A stretch of DNA of 64,000 bases, from contig DASSII010000029.1 in assembly GCA_035692005.1 (NCBI GenBank), positions 24,077 through 88,076 on the forward strand. The letters run 5' to 3'. The stretch comes from Candidatus Limnocylindrales bacterium. GTDB lineage: Bacteria; Chloroflexota; Limnocylindria; Limnocylindrales; CSP1-4. The notes under the pieces were generated by a model. The model worked only from the letters and a program-made list of their open reading frames with translations, searched no databases and was not told where the DNA came from. The position numbers were made by a program, and so were the translations under genes. Below are positions 9,116 to 17,536 of this stretch, piece by piece (position 1 is the stretch's first letter; each line of letters starts with the position of its first letter).

Positions 9116-9550
9116 CTAGGCGACGTCCGTGCCGCTGTCGGCCAGGTCACGCGGCCGGACCCCATCGCCGGCGGCAGCCGGCGCGAGTGGCGGGCCCACC
9201 CCGCCGGTGGGCACGTGCAGGCCATCGATATGGATGGCGATGCGGGTCACGTCCCGCTCCAGCGCCTGGTGGACGGCGTAGCGGACGGCCGAGTCGACCT
9301 GTCGGGCGACCTCGGCCACGGGGACGCCGAGCGCGACGGTGAGGTCGAGATCGACCTCGATGCCGTCGTCGATCCGGACGGTCAAGCCGGGCTGACCGAA
9401 CCCCAGCCGCTCGACCAGCCGGCCGAGCGCGCCGCCGGGTCGACCGGCGAAGCCGGTCACCCCGTAGGAACCGATGGTGGCCAGGCGAACGACATCGCGC
9501 AGGGCACGGGTGGTGACGAGGGAACGGCCGGGTGTCGGACGGTTGGCCAC
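9116..9550 (-). CDS. Asp23/Gls24-family protein
   Basis: 144 aa (LVTTRALRDVVRLATIGSYGVTGF...), Asp23-like. The stop abuts the yloV start. Confidence 0.8.
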   Translation of the reverse strand: MANRPTPGRSLVTTRALRDVVRLATIGSYGVTGFAGRPGGALGRLVERLGFGQPGLTVRIDDGIEVDLDLTVALGVPVAEVARQVDSAVRYAVHQALERDVTRIAIHIDGLHVPTGGVGPPLAPAAAGDGVRPRDLADSGTDVA

Positions 9551-9605
9551 GCTGGCGGGGTCTCCCTGGAGGGCGGCGGGCTGGCCGGGCTGGCCGGAGG
9601 GCGTG

Positions 9606-9614
9606 TGCTATCAT
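9606..9614 (+). promoter_or_regulatory. Candidate extended -10 promoter (TGCTATCAT) for rpmB
   Basis: TG-n-TATCAT at 9606-9614 in a GC-rich divergent intergenic region, followed by ACCGCC. GAGGA ribosome-binding site at 9664-9668, ATG at 9674. Confidence 0.45.
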
Positions 9615-9673
9615 ACCGCCCCGTTCGGGCCGTCCCGCCCGCGCTTCCACCTGTCTCTTCCCTGAGGATCCCC

Positions 9674-9871
9674 ATGGCCCGCTCCTGCGCGATCTGCGGC
9701 AAGACCTCGATGGGCGGCTTCAACCCGCAGTCGACGGGCATGAACCGCGTCCGAGCCCACCGCCGCATGCAGCCCAACCTCCAGCCCCTCGTGATCGAGC
9801 AGAAGGGCTCGCCGGTCAAGGCGCTCGTCTGCACGCGCTGCCGGCGAACCCAGCTCAAGGCCTCCAAGTAG
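9674..9871 (+). CDS. rpmB: 50S ribosomal protein L28
   Basis: MARSCAICGKTSMGGFNPQSTGMNRVRAHRRMQPNLQ... shows the L28 pattern. It is the tail of spurious ORF 7094..9871; GAGGA lies 5 nt upstream. Confidence 0.9.
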   Translation: MARSCAICGKTSMGGFNPQSTGMNRVRAHRRMQPNLQPLVIEQKGSPVKALVCTRCRRTQLKASK

Positions 9872-9877
9872 GCCCTC

Positions 9878-9897
9878 GGCCGGCGACCTCGCCGGCC
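9878..9897. terminator. Candidate bidirectional hairpin between convergent rpmB and dtd
   Basis: GGCCGGCGA cc TCGCCGGCC inverted repeat placed between the two stop codons. No clear U-tract. Confidence 0.4.
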
Positions 9898-9899
9898 GC

Positions 9900-10349
9900 T
9901 CAGCGCTCGTCCGTATCGAGCCAGATGGTGAACGGTCCGTCGTTGGTGAGGGTGACGGCCATCTCCGCCCCGAACCGACCGGTGGCCACCTCAACCCCCA
10001 GCGCGCGCAACGCGCTGCCGAAGCTGCGGTAGCACGCCTCGGCATGGTCCGGCGTCGCCGCCCGGGTGAACCCCGGCCGACGTCCACGCCGCGTGTCGGC
10101 ATACAGCGTGAACTGTGAGACGAGCAGGACCGCCCCACCGACCTCGAGCAGTGATCGGTCCGTCCGACCGCTGATCGCGTCCCGGAAGATGCGCAGCTCG
10201 GCCACGCGGCGGGCGAGCGCCTCGGCGGTCGCGCCGTCATCGCGCGGGCCGACGCCGAGCAGCACCACCAGGCCGGGTCCGATCGCCCCCACCGTCTCGT
10301 CCCCGACGGTCACGCGCGCTCCCGTGGTGCGCTGGAGCAGGGCCCTCAC
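9900..10349 (-). CDS. dtd: D-aminoacyl-tRNA deacylase
   Basis: 149 aa with LLLVSQFTLYADTRRGRRP (the SQFTL motif). GTG start forms a GTGA overlap with the rpe stop. Confidence 0.9.
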   Translation of the reverse strand: MRALLQRTTGARVTVGDETVGAIGPGLVVLLGVGPRDDGATAEALARRVAELRIFRDAISGRTDRSLLEVGGAVLLVSQFTLYADTRRGRRPGFTRAATPDHAEACYRSFGSALRALGVEVATGRFGAEMAVTLTNDGPFTIWLDTDER

Positions 10350-11314
10350 GCCGGCGCGGCGAACCCGGCACGCCAGGTCTCGGCCGCCTGTTCCAGGCGA
10401 CCGCGGCTGTCGCCGTGGTGCTCGACGACGTGGCGCTCGACACTGGCCGGCACGAGCAGGTCGTAGTCGCGCACCCCGTCCGGATTGATCCGGCCCTCGC
10501 CACGCAGCATGACGACCGGGATGCCGGTCGCCTCGATCTCGGCCATGAGCTGGCGGGCCAGATGCTTGGGCAGCCGGGCGAAGGCGACCATCCGGTCGCG
10601 CGGGATGGGTGGCTCGCCCTCGTTCGGGCCGTACTGGAAGCCCTCGTCGGCGAGCGCCCGGATGAGCCGGATCTCGCGACCCATGTCCCGGCCGCGGACG
10701 AACAGGGCTGATCCGACGACGAACACGTCGACCCCGTGCGAGCCGGCGACCTCGGCCGTCTCGCGGTTGATCCCGCCGTCGACATGCACTTCGCCGCCGT
10801 ACAGCTTGTGCTTGAGCAGGTGCCGTGCCCCGAGCGCCTTGGCGGCCAGCACGTCAGCCATGAACGCCTGACCGCCGAACCCGGGTTCCACGGTCATGAT
10901 CAGGACGATGTCGAGCAGATCGGCATACGGTTCCAGCGCCGACAGCGGCGTCCCGGGGCGGATCGCCAACCCGGCCGCTCGTCCGCCCGCCCTGATCCCG
11001 CGCAGCGTCGGCTCGATGGGCTCGTCGATCTCGACGTGGACCGTGATCGAGTCGCATCCGGCGTCGAGGTACTCGTCGAGATAGCGGCCCGGCTGGCTGA
11101 TCATCAGGTGGGCATCGAACGGCAGCGTCGTGCGACGTCGAAGGGCCTTGATCGTCTTCGCCCCGAAGGTCAGGTTCGGGACGAAATGACCGTCCATCAC
11201 GTCGAGGTGGACCCGATCGGCCCCTGCCCCGGTCACCCGCCGGACGGCATGGGCCAGGTTGCCGAGGTCGGCATCGAGGATGCTCGCCGCGATCCGCGCT
11301 CGGCCCGGAGTCAT
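10346..11314 (-). CDS. rpe: Ribulose-phosphate 3-epimerase with an extra C-terminal region of roughly 100 aa
   Basis: Contains IAASILDAD, HLDVMDGHFVPN, DAHLM, MTVEPGFGGQ and VDGGI. ATG 11314 forms an ATGA overlap with the rlmN stop. After the usual Rpe end (...GSALFVRGRDMGREIRLIRALADEG) the frame continues for roughly 100 aa. Confidence 0.9.
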   Translation of the reverse strand: MTPGRARIAASILDADLGNLAHAVRRVTGAGADRVHLDVMDGHFVPNLTFGAKTIKALRRRTTLPFDAHLMISQPGRYLDEYLDAGCDSITVHVEIDEPIEPTLRGIRAGGRAAGLAIRPGTPLSALEPYADLLDIVLIMTVEPGFGGQAFMADVLAAKALGARHLLKHKLYGGEVHVDGGINRETAEVAGSHGVDVFVVGSALFVRGRDMGREIRLIRALADEGFQYGPNEGEPPIPRDRMVAFARLPKHLARQLMAEIEATGIPVVMLRGEGRINPDGVRDYDLLVPASVERHVVEHHGDSRGRLEQAAETWRAGFAAPA

Positions 11315-12531
11315 CGGTCCTCCGCCGTCCCGGTGGGCAGCGGCTCGTTGCTGCGCTCGCCACGGAGGGCGGCGGCGCTGGCCTCGACCAATCGCTCCCG
11401 ACGACGGGCGACCGCCGGGGCGGGTGGCTCCCCCGCGCGCTCCGCCGCCAGCTGGCCGCACGCCGCCCCGACCTCCTGGCCGCGGTTGCGCCGGATGGTC
11501 GTGCCGATGCCGGCCGCTCGAAGCGTCCGGGCAAAGGCCTCGATGACCGGCATCGGGCTGGCCTGCCACGGCGTGTGGGCTACGGGGTTCATCGGGATGA
11601 GGTTGACGTGGGCATGGTCGCCACGCAACAGCTCGACCAGGGCGCTGGCATCCTGGTCGGTGTCGTTGACACCCCCGATCATCGTGACCTCGTAGCTGAT
11701 CCGCCGTCCCGTGGCCGTGGCGTGGTCGCGTGCCGCGCCGACCACCTCGGCGACCGGCCAGCGCCGGTTGAGCGGGACGAGCACATCGCGCAGCGCGTCG
11801 CGGGCTGCATGGAGCGAGATCGCCAGGGTGAACTGGGGTCCGAGCGCCGTGAGCCGCCGGATCCCGGGCACGACACCGGACGTCGACACGGTGATGTGGC
11901 GCGCCCCGAGTCCAAGCCGGCCCGGATCGTTGAGTGCCTCCACCGCGGCGAGGACCCGGTCGAGATTGAGCAGCGGCTCGCCCATGCCCATGAACACGAT
12001 GTTGGTCAGTCGCTCGCCGCGGGCGGCCAGTCGACGCTGGGCGGAGCGGACCTGGTCGAGGATCTCGGCGACCTCGAGGTCCCGTCCGAAGCCCAGCTCG
12101 CCGGTCGCGCAGAAGGGACAGCCGACCGCGCAGCCGGCCTGGCTCGAGATGCACAGCGTGTGCCGTTCACGCGAGCCGGATCGCGCCGGATAGTGCATCA
12201 GCACCGACTCGATCAACGCCCCGTCGTCGAGCCGGTGGAGCGCCTTCTCGGTCGCCCCGCCGTCACCCACACGGATCTCGGTGTCGGCCATGGTGTCGAG
12301 CCGGAAGTCCTGTGCGAGCGCATCGCGCAGGGCCAGCGGCAACGTGCGGAACGCGTCGATGTCGGGCGTTCCTCCGCGCTTCCAGATGGCATCGGCGATC
12401 TGGCGCGCACGAAACGCGGCTTCGCCGTGGTCCTGGACCCAGGCACGCAGATCCACCGGGGTGAGCCCGGACAGACCCGGACGAGTGGTCGTCGAGAGCG
12501 GCGTCAGGATCGGCACGGTGGTCACGAGCAC
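11311..12531 (-). CDS. rlmN: 23S rRNA/tRNA (adenine-C2)-methyltransferase RlmN (radical SAM)
   Basis: Contains FRARQIADAIWKRG and the radical-SAM cluster motif GCAVGCPFCATG. The start is GTG at 12531 or 12525; the longer ORF overlaps fmt and is discounted. Confidence 0.9.
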   Translation of the reverse strand: MLVTTVPILTPLSTTTRPGLSGLTPVDLRAWVQDHGEAAFRARQIADAIWKRGGTPDIDAFRTLPLALRDALAQDFRLDTMADTEIRVGDGGATEKALHRLDDGALIESVLMHYPARSGSRERHTLCISSQAGCAVGCPFCATGELGFGRDLEVAEILDQVRSAQRRLAARGERLTNIVFMGMGEPLLNLDRVLAAVEALNDPGRLGLGARHITVSTSGVVPGIRRLTALGPQFTLAISLHAARDALRDVLVPLNRRWPVAEVVGAARDHATATGRRISYEVTMIGGVNDTDQDASALVELLRGDHAHVNLIPMNPVAHTPWQASPMPVIEAFARTLRAAGIGTTIRRNRGQEVGAACGQLAAERAGEPPAPAVARRRERLVEASAAALRGERSNEPLPTGTAEDR

Positions 12532-12550
12532 GATGCTAGCGCAGGCCGGT

Positions 12551-13519
12551 TCATGGGCCGGCGACGACCTGACTGCCGATGACGGTCGGACGGCCGCGCA
12601 GGTAGGCATCCCAGGTCATCGGCCGTCCGCCGGCCGGCTGGACCTCGACCAGGACGAGCCGCTCTCCGTCACCGACGATCAGGCCGTCGCGATCGAACGT
12701 CCCCGCCGGGCGCCGCTCGCCGCCGCCTGGGGCGGCCTCGCCCGGTCGTGCCCCGGGGCGCGTCGCTCTGACGACCAATCGCCCGAGCGGTGTGTCGACG
12801 AAGGTGCCCGGCCACGGCTGGTAGGCACGCACCTGGCGATCGAGCTCGACTGCGGTCCTCGCCGGATCGAGGCGACCGTCCTCGCGCCGCAACGGCCGGG
12901 TGAGCGTCGCGCCGGACTCGGCCTGCGGCACCGCCACCCGTTCGCCGCGCAGCCATGGCCCGAGGTGCTGCTCGAGCAGGTCGGCGGCCGTCGTCTCCAG
13001 GTCGGCCTCGAGCTGCGGGGTCGTCTCGGAGCCGGTCAACGGTCGCCGGACCTGGGCGATGATCGGGCCCGTGTCGAGACCGGCGTCCATGCGCATCAGG
13101 CTGACCCCGGTCTCGCGGTCGCCGGCCACGATCGCCGCCGGGATCGGCGTCGCGCCGCGGTGGCGGGGCAGGAGCGATGGGTGCAGATTGAGCGCCCCGT
13201 GCCGGAGTGCGAGCAGTTCCTGGGGCACGATCTGCCCGTAGTCGGCCAGCACGACGAGGTCGGGTCGCAGGGCGGTCACGTCGGCCAGGGCGTCGGCGGC
13301 GCGCAATCGTTCTGGCGTCAGCACCGTCGGCACGGCCAGGCTGTCGGCCAGGGTATGGATCGGCGTCGGCGTGGAGCGGCCGTGGCGGCCGGACGGGCGC
13401 GGCGGTGCGCTGATGACGCCCACCAGCTCGACCTGCGGATCGGCGGCGAGCCGGCGCAGCGTCTCGCGACCGAACGCCCCGCTGCCGATGAAGACGGACC
13501 GGATCGGTCCCTCGGTCAC
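12551..13519 (-). CDS. fmt: Methionyl-tRNA formyltransferase
   Basis: Contains VFIGSGAFG..., LNLHPSLLPRHRGATPI and a C-terminal OB-like domain. GTG 13519 forms a GTGA overlap with the def stop. Confidence 0.9.
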   Translation of the reverse strand: MTEGPIRSVFIGSGAFGRETLRRLAADPQVELVGVISAPPRPSGRHGRSTPTPIHTLADSLAVPTVLTPERLRAADALADVTALRPDLVVLADYGQIVPQELLALRHGALNLHPSLLPRHRGATPIPAAIVAGDRETGVSLMRMDAGLDTGPIIAQVRRPLTGSETTPQLEADLETTAADLLEQHLGPWLRGERVAVPQAESGATLTRPLRREDGRLDPARTAVELDRQVRAYQPWPGTFVDTPLGRLVVRATRPGARPGEAAPGGGERRPAGTFDRDGLIVGDGERLVLVEVQPAGGRPMTWDAYLRGRPTVIGSQVVAGP

Positions 13520-14031
13520 GCCAGGGCGCCCGTCGCCTCGCGGACCTCCTCGTCGTCCTCGTTGGCGGCACCGACGGGCACGAGCTCGTCCATCGACTCG
13601 AGATAGTCGATGTACAGCTTGCCCTCGAGGTGGTCGAGCTCGTGCTGCAGCGCGCGACCGAGCAGGCCCGATCCGGCGACCTTGATCTTCTTGCCGTGGC
13701 GATCCTGGGCGACCACCCACACCCGCTCGCGGCGGGTGACGTAGGCGACGTAGCCGGGGATCGACAGGCAGCCCTCGAGGTCGGTGTCGTCGCCGGTCGA
13801 TCGGACGATGCGCGGGTTGACGAGCTCGTAGAGCTGGCTCTCGACCTCGATCACGCAGGCTTGCAGGGCCTCGCCGAGTTGGGGCGCGGCCAGGCCCACT
13901 CCTGGCGCCGCACGCATCGTATGCGCGAGGTCGTCGAGGAGTCCGTGCAGGTACTTGCCGAAGCTGTCGACCGGCAGACCCTTGAGACGCAGGCGTGGGT
14001 CGCCGAGCAGCACGATGGGACGAACGCTCAT
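13516..14031 (-). CDS. def: Peptide deformylase
   Basis: 171 aa from ATG 14031 with motifs GVGLAAPQ, EGCLSIPG and QHELDHLEG. Confidence 0.92.
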   Translation of the reverse strand: MSVRPIVLLGDPRLRLKGLPVDSFGKYLHGLLDDLAHTMRAAPGVGLAAPQLGEALQACVIEVESQLYELVNPRIVRSTGDDTDLEGCLSIPGYVAYVTRRERVWVVAQDRHGKKIKVAGSGLLGRALQHELDHLEGKLYIDYLESMDELVPVGAANEDDEEVREATGALA

Positions 14032-14037
14032 GGCCGG

Positions 14038-14043
14038 AGTATA
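14038..14043 (-). promoter_or_regulatory. Candidate -10 box TATACT, 6 nt upstream of the def ATG (leaderless candidate)
   Basis: The minus strand reads TATACT ccggcc ATG, with no Shine-Dalgarno sequence. Confidence 0.4.
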
Positions 14044-14119
14044 TGGGCCCTCTGAGACGCCGTCAGCGCGGCCCCGGGAGTGCTGGTCCTGCCCGGTCGC
14101 GCCGGCCGGGCAGCGCGGG

Positions 14120-14626
14120 TCAAAGCGGCGGGTCGGTGCGCTTGATGTCGTCGGCTGCGTCGTGGATGGCGTCACCCGCATCGCCGGCCGCGCGTCGTGC
14201 CTCGTCAGCTGCGTGACGCGCCGCGTCGCCGACGCTGTCGGCCACATCGACCGAGCCGCCCGCTCCGCCACTCATCGTGTCGCGCTTGTCGGCGGCCCAC
14301 GTCCGCGACTTCTCGGCCAGCTTGCCGCTGGCGTCGGCCGTCACTTCGCCGGCCCGCTGGACGATGGGCGCTGCCTTGTCGGCGGCGACGGCCACGACCT
14401 CGGCCGCCTTGACCGACAGCTCGCGCATCATCGGCGCGGCCTTCTCGGCCAGGTCCTCGACCGCGTCGCGGATCGATTCGAACACGTCATTGGCCCGGCT
14501 CTGGGCATCACTCGTCGGTCCGCCGGCCGGTCCGGGACCCGCTTCGGCGCCGGGCGCGGAGGAGTACGCCGGGTCGCGCGGTCCCTCGGCAGGTTCGTCG
14601 TGGCTGGGAGTGGTCGGATCGGTCAT
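14120..14626 (-). CDS. Hypothetical Ala/Asp-rich helical protein
   Basis: 168 aa from ATG 14626, preceded by GAGGAGG. Low-complexity N-terminus, then repeated helical AxxAA/DAxxD segments. No family recognised. Confidence 0.5.
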   Translation of the reverse strand: MTDPTTPSHDEPAEGPRDPAYSSAPGAEAGPGPAGGPTSDAQSRANDVFESIRDAVEDLAEKAAPMMRELSVKAAEVVAVAADKAAPIVQRAGEVTADASGKLAEKSRTWAADKRDTMSGGAGGSVDVADSVGDAARHAADEARRAAGDAGDAIHDAADDIKRTDPPL

Positions 14627-14679
14627 CGCTCGGGCCTCCTCAGGTGGGAAGCGCATCCTCGCACGAACCGCCGCGCAAG

Positions 14680-14701
14680 GCACGGGCCGTTCGGCCCGTG
14701 C
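14680..14701. promoter_or_regulatory. Perfect 9-bp-arm palindrome GCACGGGCC-gttc-GGCCCGTGC in a divergent promoter region
   Basis: Read directly from the sequence. It ends 3 nt before the TATCAT box at 14705-14710. It lies between divergent genes, so it is not a terminator. Confidence 0.4.
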
Positions 14702-14704
14702 GCG

Positions 14705-14710
14705 TATCAT
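14705..14710 (+). promoter_or_regulatory. Candidate -10 box TATCAT for the small plus-strand ORF
   Basis: A TAnnnT hexamer 49 nt upstream of ATG 14760; strong GGGAGGTGA ribosome-binding site at 14748-14756. Confidence 0.35.
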
Positions 14711-14759
14711 CGGCGCGACGGAGGGTCCCTCGGCGGACCCGGATCGCGGGAGGTGACCG

Positions 14760-15011
14760 ATGACCGCAGCGGCATGGACCTATGCGGACCTCGAACCCGA
14801 TCAGCTGGCGCTCGTCCAGGAGGCGGAACGGACGCTCGGCACGGCCGTCGTGATGGCCTACCAGCCGAGTGCCTACGGCACGATCGACCCGGACACGCTG
14901 CCCGACGGGCTCGAGCCGGCCCCGCTCGATCCGACCGAACTCGAACGCCTGCGTGGGATCGAGCGCCGGGTCGATGGCGTCCTCGTCGCCTACCGGCTGC
15001 GGGTCGACTGA
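14760..15011 (+). CDS. Small acidic hypothetical protein (83 aa)
   Basis: ATG is preceded by GGGAGGTGA at ideal spacing. It fills the gap between divergent/convergent neighbours and its composition looks protein-like. No family recognised. Confidence 0.5.
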   Translation: MTAAAWTYADLEPDQLALVQEAERTLGTAVVMAYQPSAYGTIDPDTLPDGLEPAPLDPTELERLRGIERRVDGVLVAYRLRVD

Positions 15012-15022
15012 CCGCCAGCCTC

Positions 15023-17527
15023 CTACAGCAGCGACTCGGGATCGACGTCGACCGACCACGGCGGACCGGGATCGCCATCGAGCGTCCCGATCGGATCGTC
15101 ACCGCGCAGCACCAGGTGGTAGCGCCAGCGGTCATTCCGCCGCGCGATGTACGCCGGAGCCGGACCGATGACCGTCGTGCCACGGGTCGCCGCCCGGGCA
15201 CGCAGCCGGTCCGCCATCGCCTCGCCTTCGTGTTCGGCCGCCACCCGGTCGGCAAGGGCCACCGTCAGCTTGACCAGCCGCCCATAGGGTGGCGACCCGA
15301 AGCGCTGTCGCGCTGCCAGCTCGGTGCGATAGAAGGTCTCCCCGTCCCCGGTCGCCACCGCCCGGATGACCGGGTGGTCGGGTTGGTATGTCTGCAGGAT
15401 GGCGCGACCCGGCCGATCGCCGCGACCCGCCCGGCCGACCGCCTGGCTGAGCAGCTGATAGGTGCGCTCCGCCGCTCGCTCGTCCGGCAGGTTCAACGCC
15501 ACGTCCGAGCTCACGACCCCCACCAGGGTGACGGCCGGCACATCGAGGCCCTTGGCCACGAGGCTCGTCCCGACGAGCACGTCCGTGTCGCCGGAGGCAA
15601 AGGCGTCGAGCACCCGCTCGGCCGCGCCGCGCCGATCCGCCACGTCGCGGTCGAGCCGCGCGACCCGCAGTCGCGGATGACGGGTCCGGACCTCGCGCTC
15701 GACCCGCTCCGTCCCGCCGCCGACGTACCGGATCCGGGGGGAGGCGCAGTTCGGACAGCGTGTCGCGAGTGGCGTCGCGCGGCCGCAGTGGTGACAGCGG
15801 AGCGTGGTGCCGGCCTGGTGGTAGACGAGCGGGCGCTCGCAGTCTGGGCACGCCTGCACGTGGCCACAGTCGCGGCACAGGACGACCGACGCGGTGCCCC
15901 GCCGATTGAGGACGAGGATCGCCTGCTCGCCGGCGGCAGTGTCGAGCGTGGCCAGCGCCTCGTCGAGTGATCCCGACAGCAGGCCGCGGTTGCCCTCGGC
16001 CAGTTCGGCGCGCATGTCGACGACGTCGACCCGCGGCGCGGTTCCGGCCGGGCGGCTGGGCAGGACGATCCGGTCGTAGCTGCCCTCGAGCGCGCGCCCG
16101 AGGCTGTCGACCGCGGGCGTCGCTGACCCGAGCACCACCGCGGCGCCGGCCAGGACGCCAAGCCGGAGGGCCGTGTCGCGGGCCTGCAGGCGTGGCGTGC
16201 GATCGCTCTTGTAGGCAGGGTCGTGCTCCTCGTCGACGATCAGCACGCCCACGTCGGCGAGCGGGGCCACGACCGCCAGCCGGGTCCCGACCACGATGTC
16301 GACCTCGCCCCCGCGGATGCGGCGCCATTCGTCAGCGCGCTCGCCATCACCGAGACCCGAGTGGACCAGGGCGACCGACGCATCGAGGTCGGCCCGCAGG
16401 CGATCGACCAGCGGCAGCGCCATCGAGATCTCGGGCACAAGGACCAGGGCCGGCCGGCCCGCTTCGAGGGCCGCGCCGATCGCCTCGACGTAGATCGCGG
16501 TCTTGCCGCCACCGGTCACGCCATCGAGCAGCAGTGGCCGCGGGTCTCGGCCATCGATCGCGGCCCGGATCCGGGCGACGGCCGCGGCCTGTGCGTCGGT
16601 CAGCTCGGCTGACGTCGGGCGGCCACCCCGTCGCCCGGGCGCGCGTGCCGCGAGCGGACGGCGAGGGCGTTCCCGGGCTGCGGCCGAGACCAGCCCGCGG
16701 CGGACGAGGCCGGCGACCGCGGCGCTCCCATGCCGACTGCCGACCGTCGGCCCGGACAGGCCGTCCGGGACAGCAGCGAGCTCGGTGAGGACCGCGAGCT
16801 GGCGCGCGCCCAGCGGTCGGCCGGCGATACGCCCACCACCCTCGACGGTGGCGGCCGCGACCGTGCCCGCCTCGGTCAGGCGCAACCAGCGCTCGTAGCG
16901 GGGCCCCGCCGAGGCCCCGAGCAGCGTCCAGTCGAGGGTCACCCGACCCGCCGCCTCGAGGCCGCGCAACCGGCGTAGCAGGCCCGCCCGACCGTCGGGG
17001 GCGGCGAGGTCGCGGACCGGGCGGGCGCCGGCGTCAAGCTGGTCGAGCAGGTCGGCATCGACCACGTCCGCGGGAGCATCGCCAGTAGCCGGAGTGGGTA
17101 CTCGTTCGGCGACGAGCTCGAGCCGCTCGAGCAGCCCGGGTGGCAGCATCGAACGGATCACGAGGGCCGGCGGGGCGAGGTACTCGCTGGCGATCCAGCG
17201 CGCGAGGGCGAGGCTGAGCGGCGGCAGCAGCGGGCCGTCGGCCCGGACGCGCTCGCTGATGGGCTTGACGGCCACCTCGCCGGGGTCGCCGGCGGGACCG
17301 AGGATCACGCCGAGGGCCTGACGGCGGCCGAACCCCACGAGCACGGCTTCGCCCGCCGCCAGATCGTCGAGCCGGGCCGGGACGGCATAGGTGTATGGGT
17401 GGGCGCCGCCCGCACCAGCGGCATCGACGGCCACCTCGACCAGCCGTTCGCCGGCCGCGCCCGTCGGTTCCGCGCGTTCGGTCACGTCTGGCTGGTCGTC
17501 CCGCTCGGGCGCCAGCCCGAGGGTCAC
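15023..17527 (-). CDS. priA: Primosomal protein N' (replication restart helicase PriA)
   Basis: 834 aa with Walker A GVTGGGKT, DEEHD, and the Cys-rich zinc region CRDCGHVQACPDCERPLVYH...CHHCG...CPNCAS. Confidence 0.95.
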   Translation of the reverse strand: MTLGLAPERDDQPDVTERAEPTGAAGERLVEVAVDAAGAGGAHPYTYAVPARLDDLAAGEAVLVGFGRRQALGVILGPAGDPGEVAVKPISERVRADGPLLPPLSLALARWIASEYLAPPALVIRSMLPPGLLERLELVAERVPTPATGDAPADVVDADLLDQLDAGARPVRDLAAPDGRAGLLRRLRGLEAAGRVTLDWTLLGASAGPRYERWLRLTEAGTVAAATVEGGGRIAGRPLGARQLAVLTELAAVPDGLSGPTVGSRHGSAAVAGLVRRGLVSAAARERPRRPLAARAPGRRGGRPTSAELTDAQAAAVARIRAAIDGRDPRPLLLDGVTGGGKTAIYVEAIGAALEAGRPALVLVPEISMALPLVDRLRADLDASVALVHSGLGDGERADEWRRIRGGEVDIVVGTRLAVVAPLADVGVLIVDEEHDPAYKSDRTPRLQARDTALRLGVLAGAAVVLGSATPAVDSLGRALEGSYDRIVLPSRPAGTAPRVDVVDMRAELAEGNRGLLSGSLDEALATLDTAAGEQAILVLNRRGTASVVLCRDCGHVQACPDCERPLVYHQAGTTLRCHHCGRATPLATRCPNCASPRIRYVGGGTERVEREVRTRHPRLRVARLDRDVADRRGAAERVLDAFASGDTDVLVGTSLVAKGLDVPAVTLVGVVSSDVALNLPDERAAERTYQLLSQAVGRAGRGDRPGRAILQTYQPDHPVIRAVATGDGETFYRTELAARQRFGSPPYGRLVKLTVALADRVAAEHEGEAMADRLRARAATRGTTVIGPAPAYIARRNDRWRYHLVLRGDDPIGTLDGDPGPPWSVDVDPESLL

Positions 17528-17536
17528 CGCGAGCCC

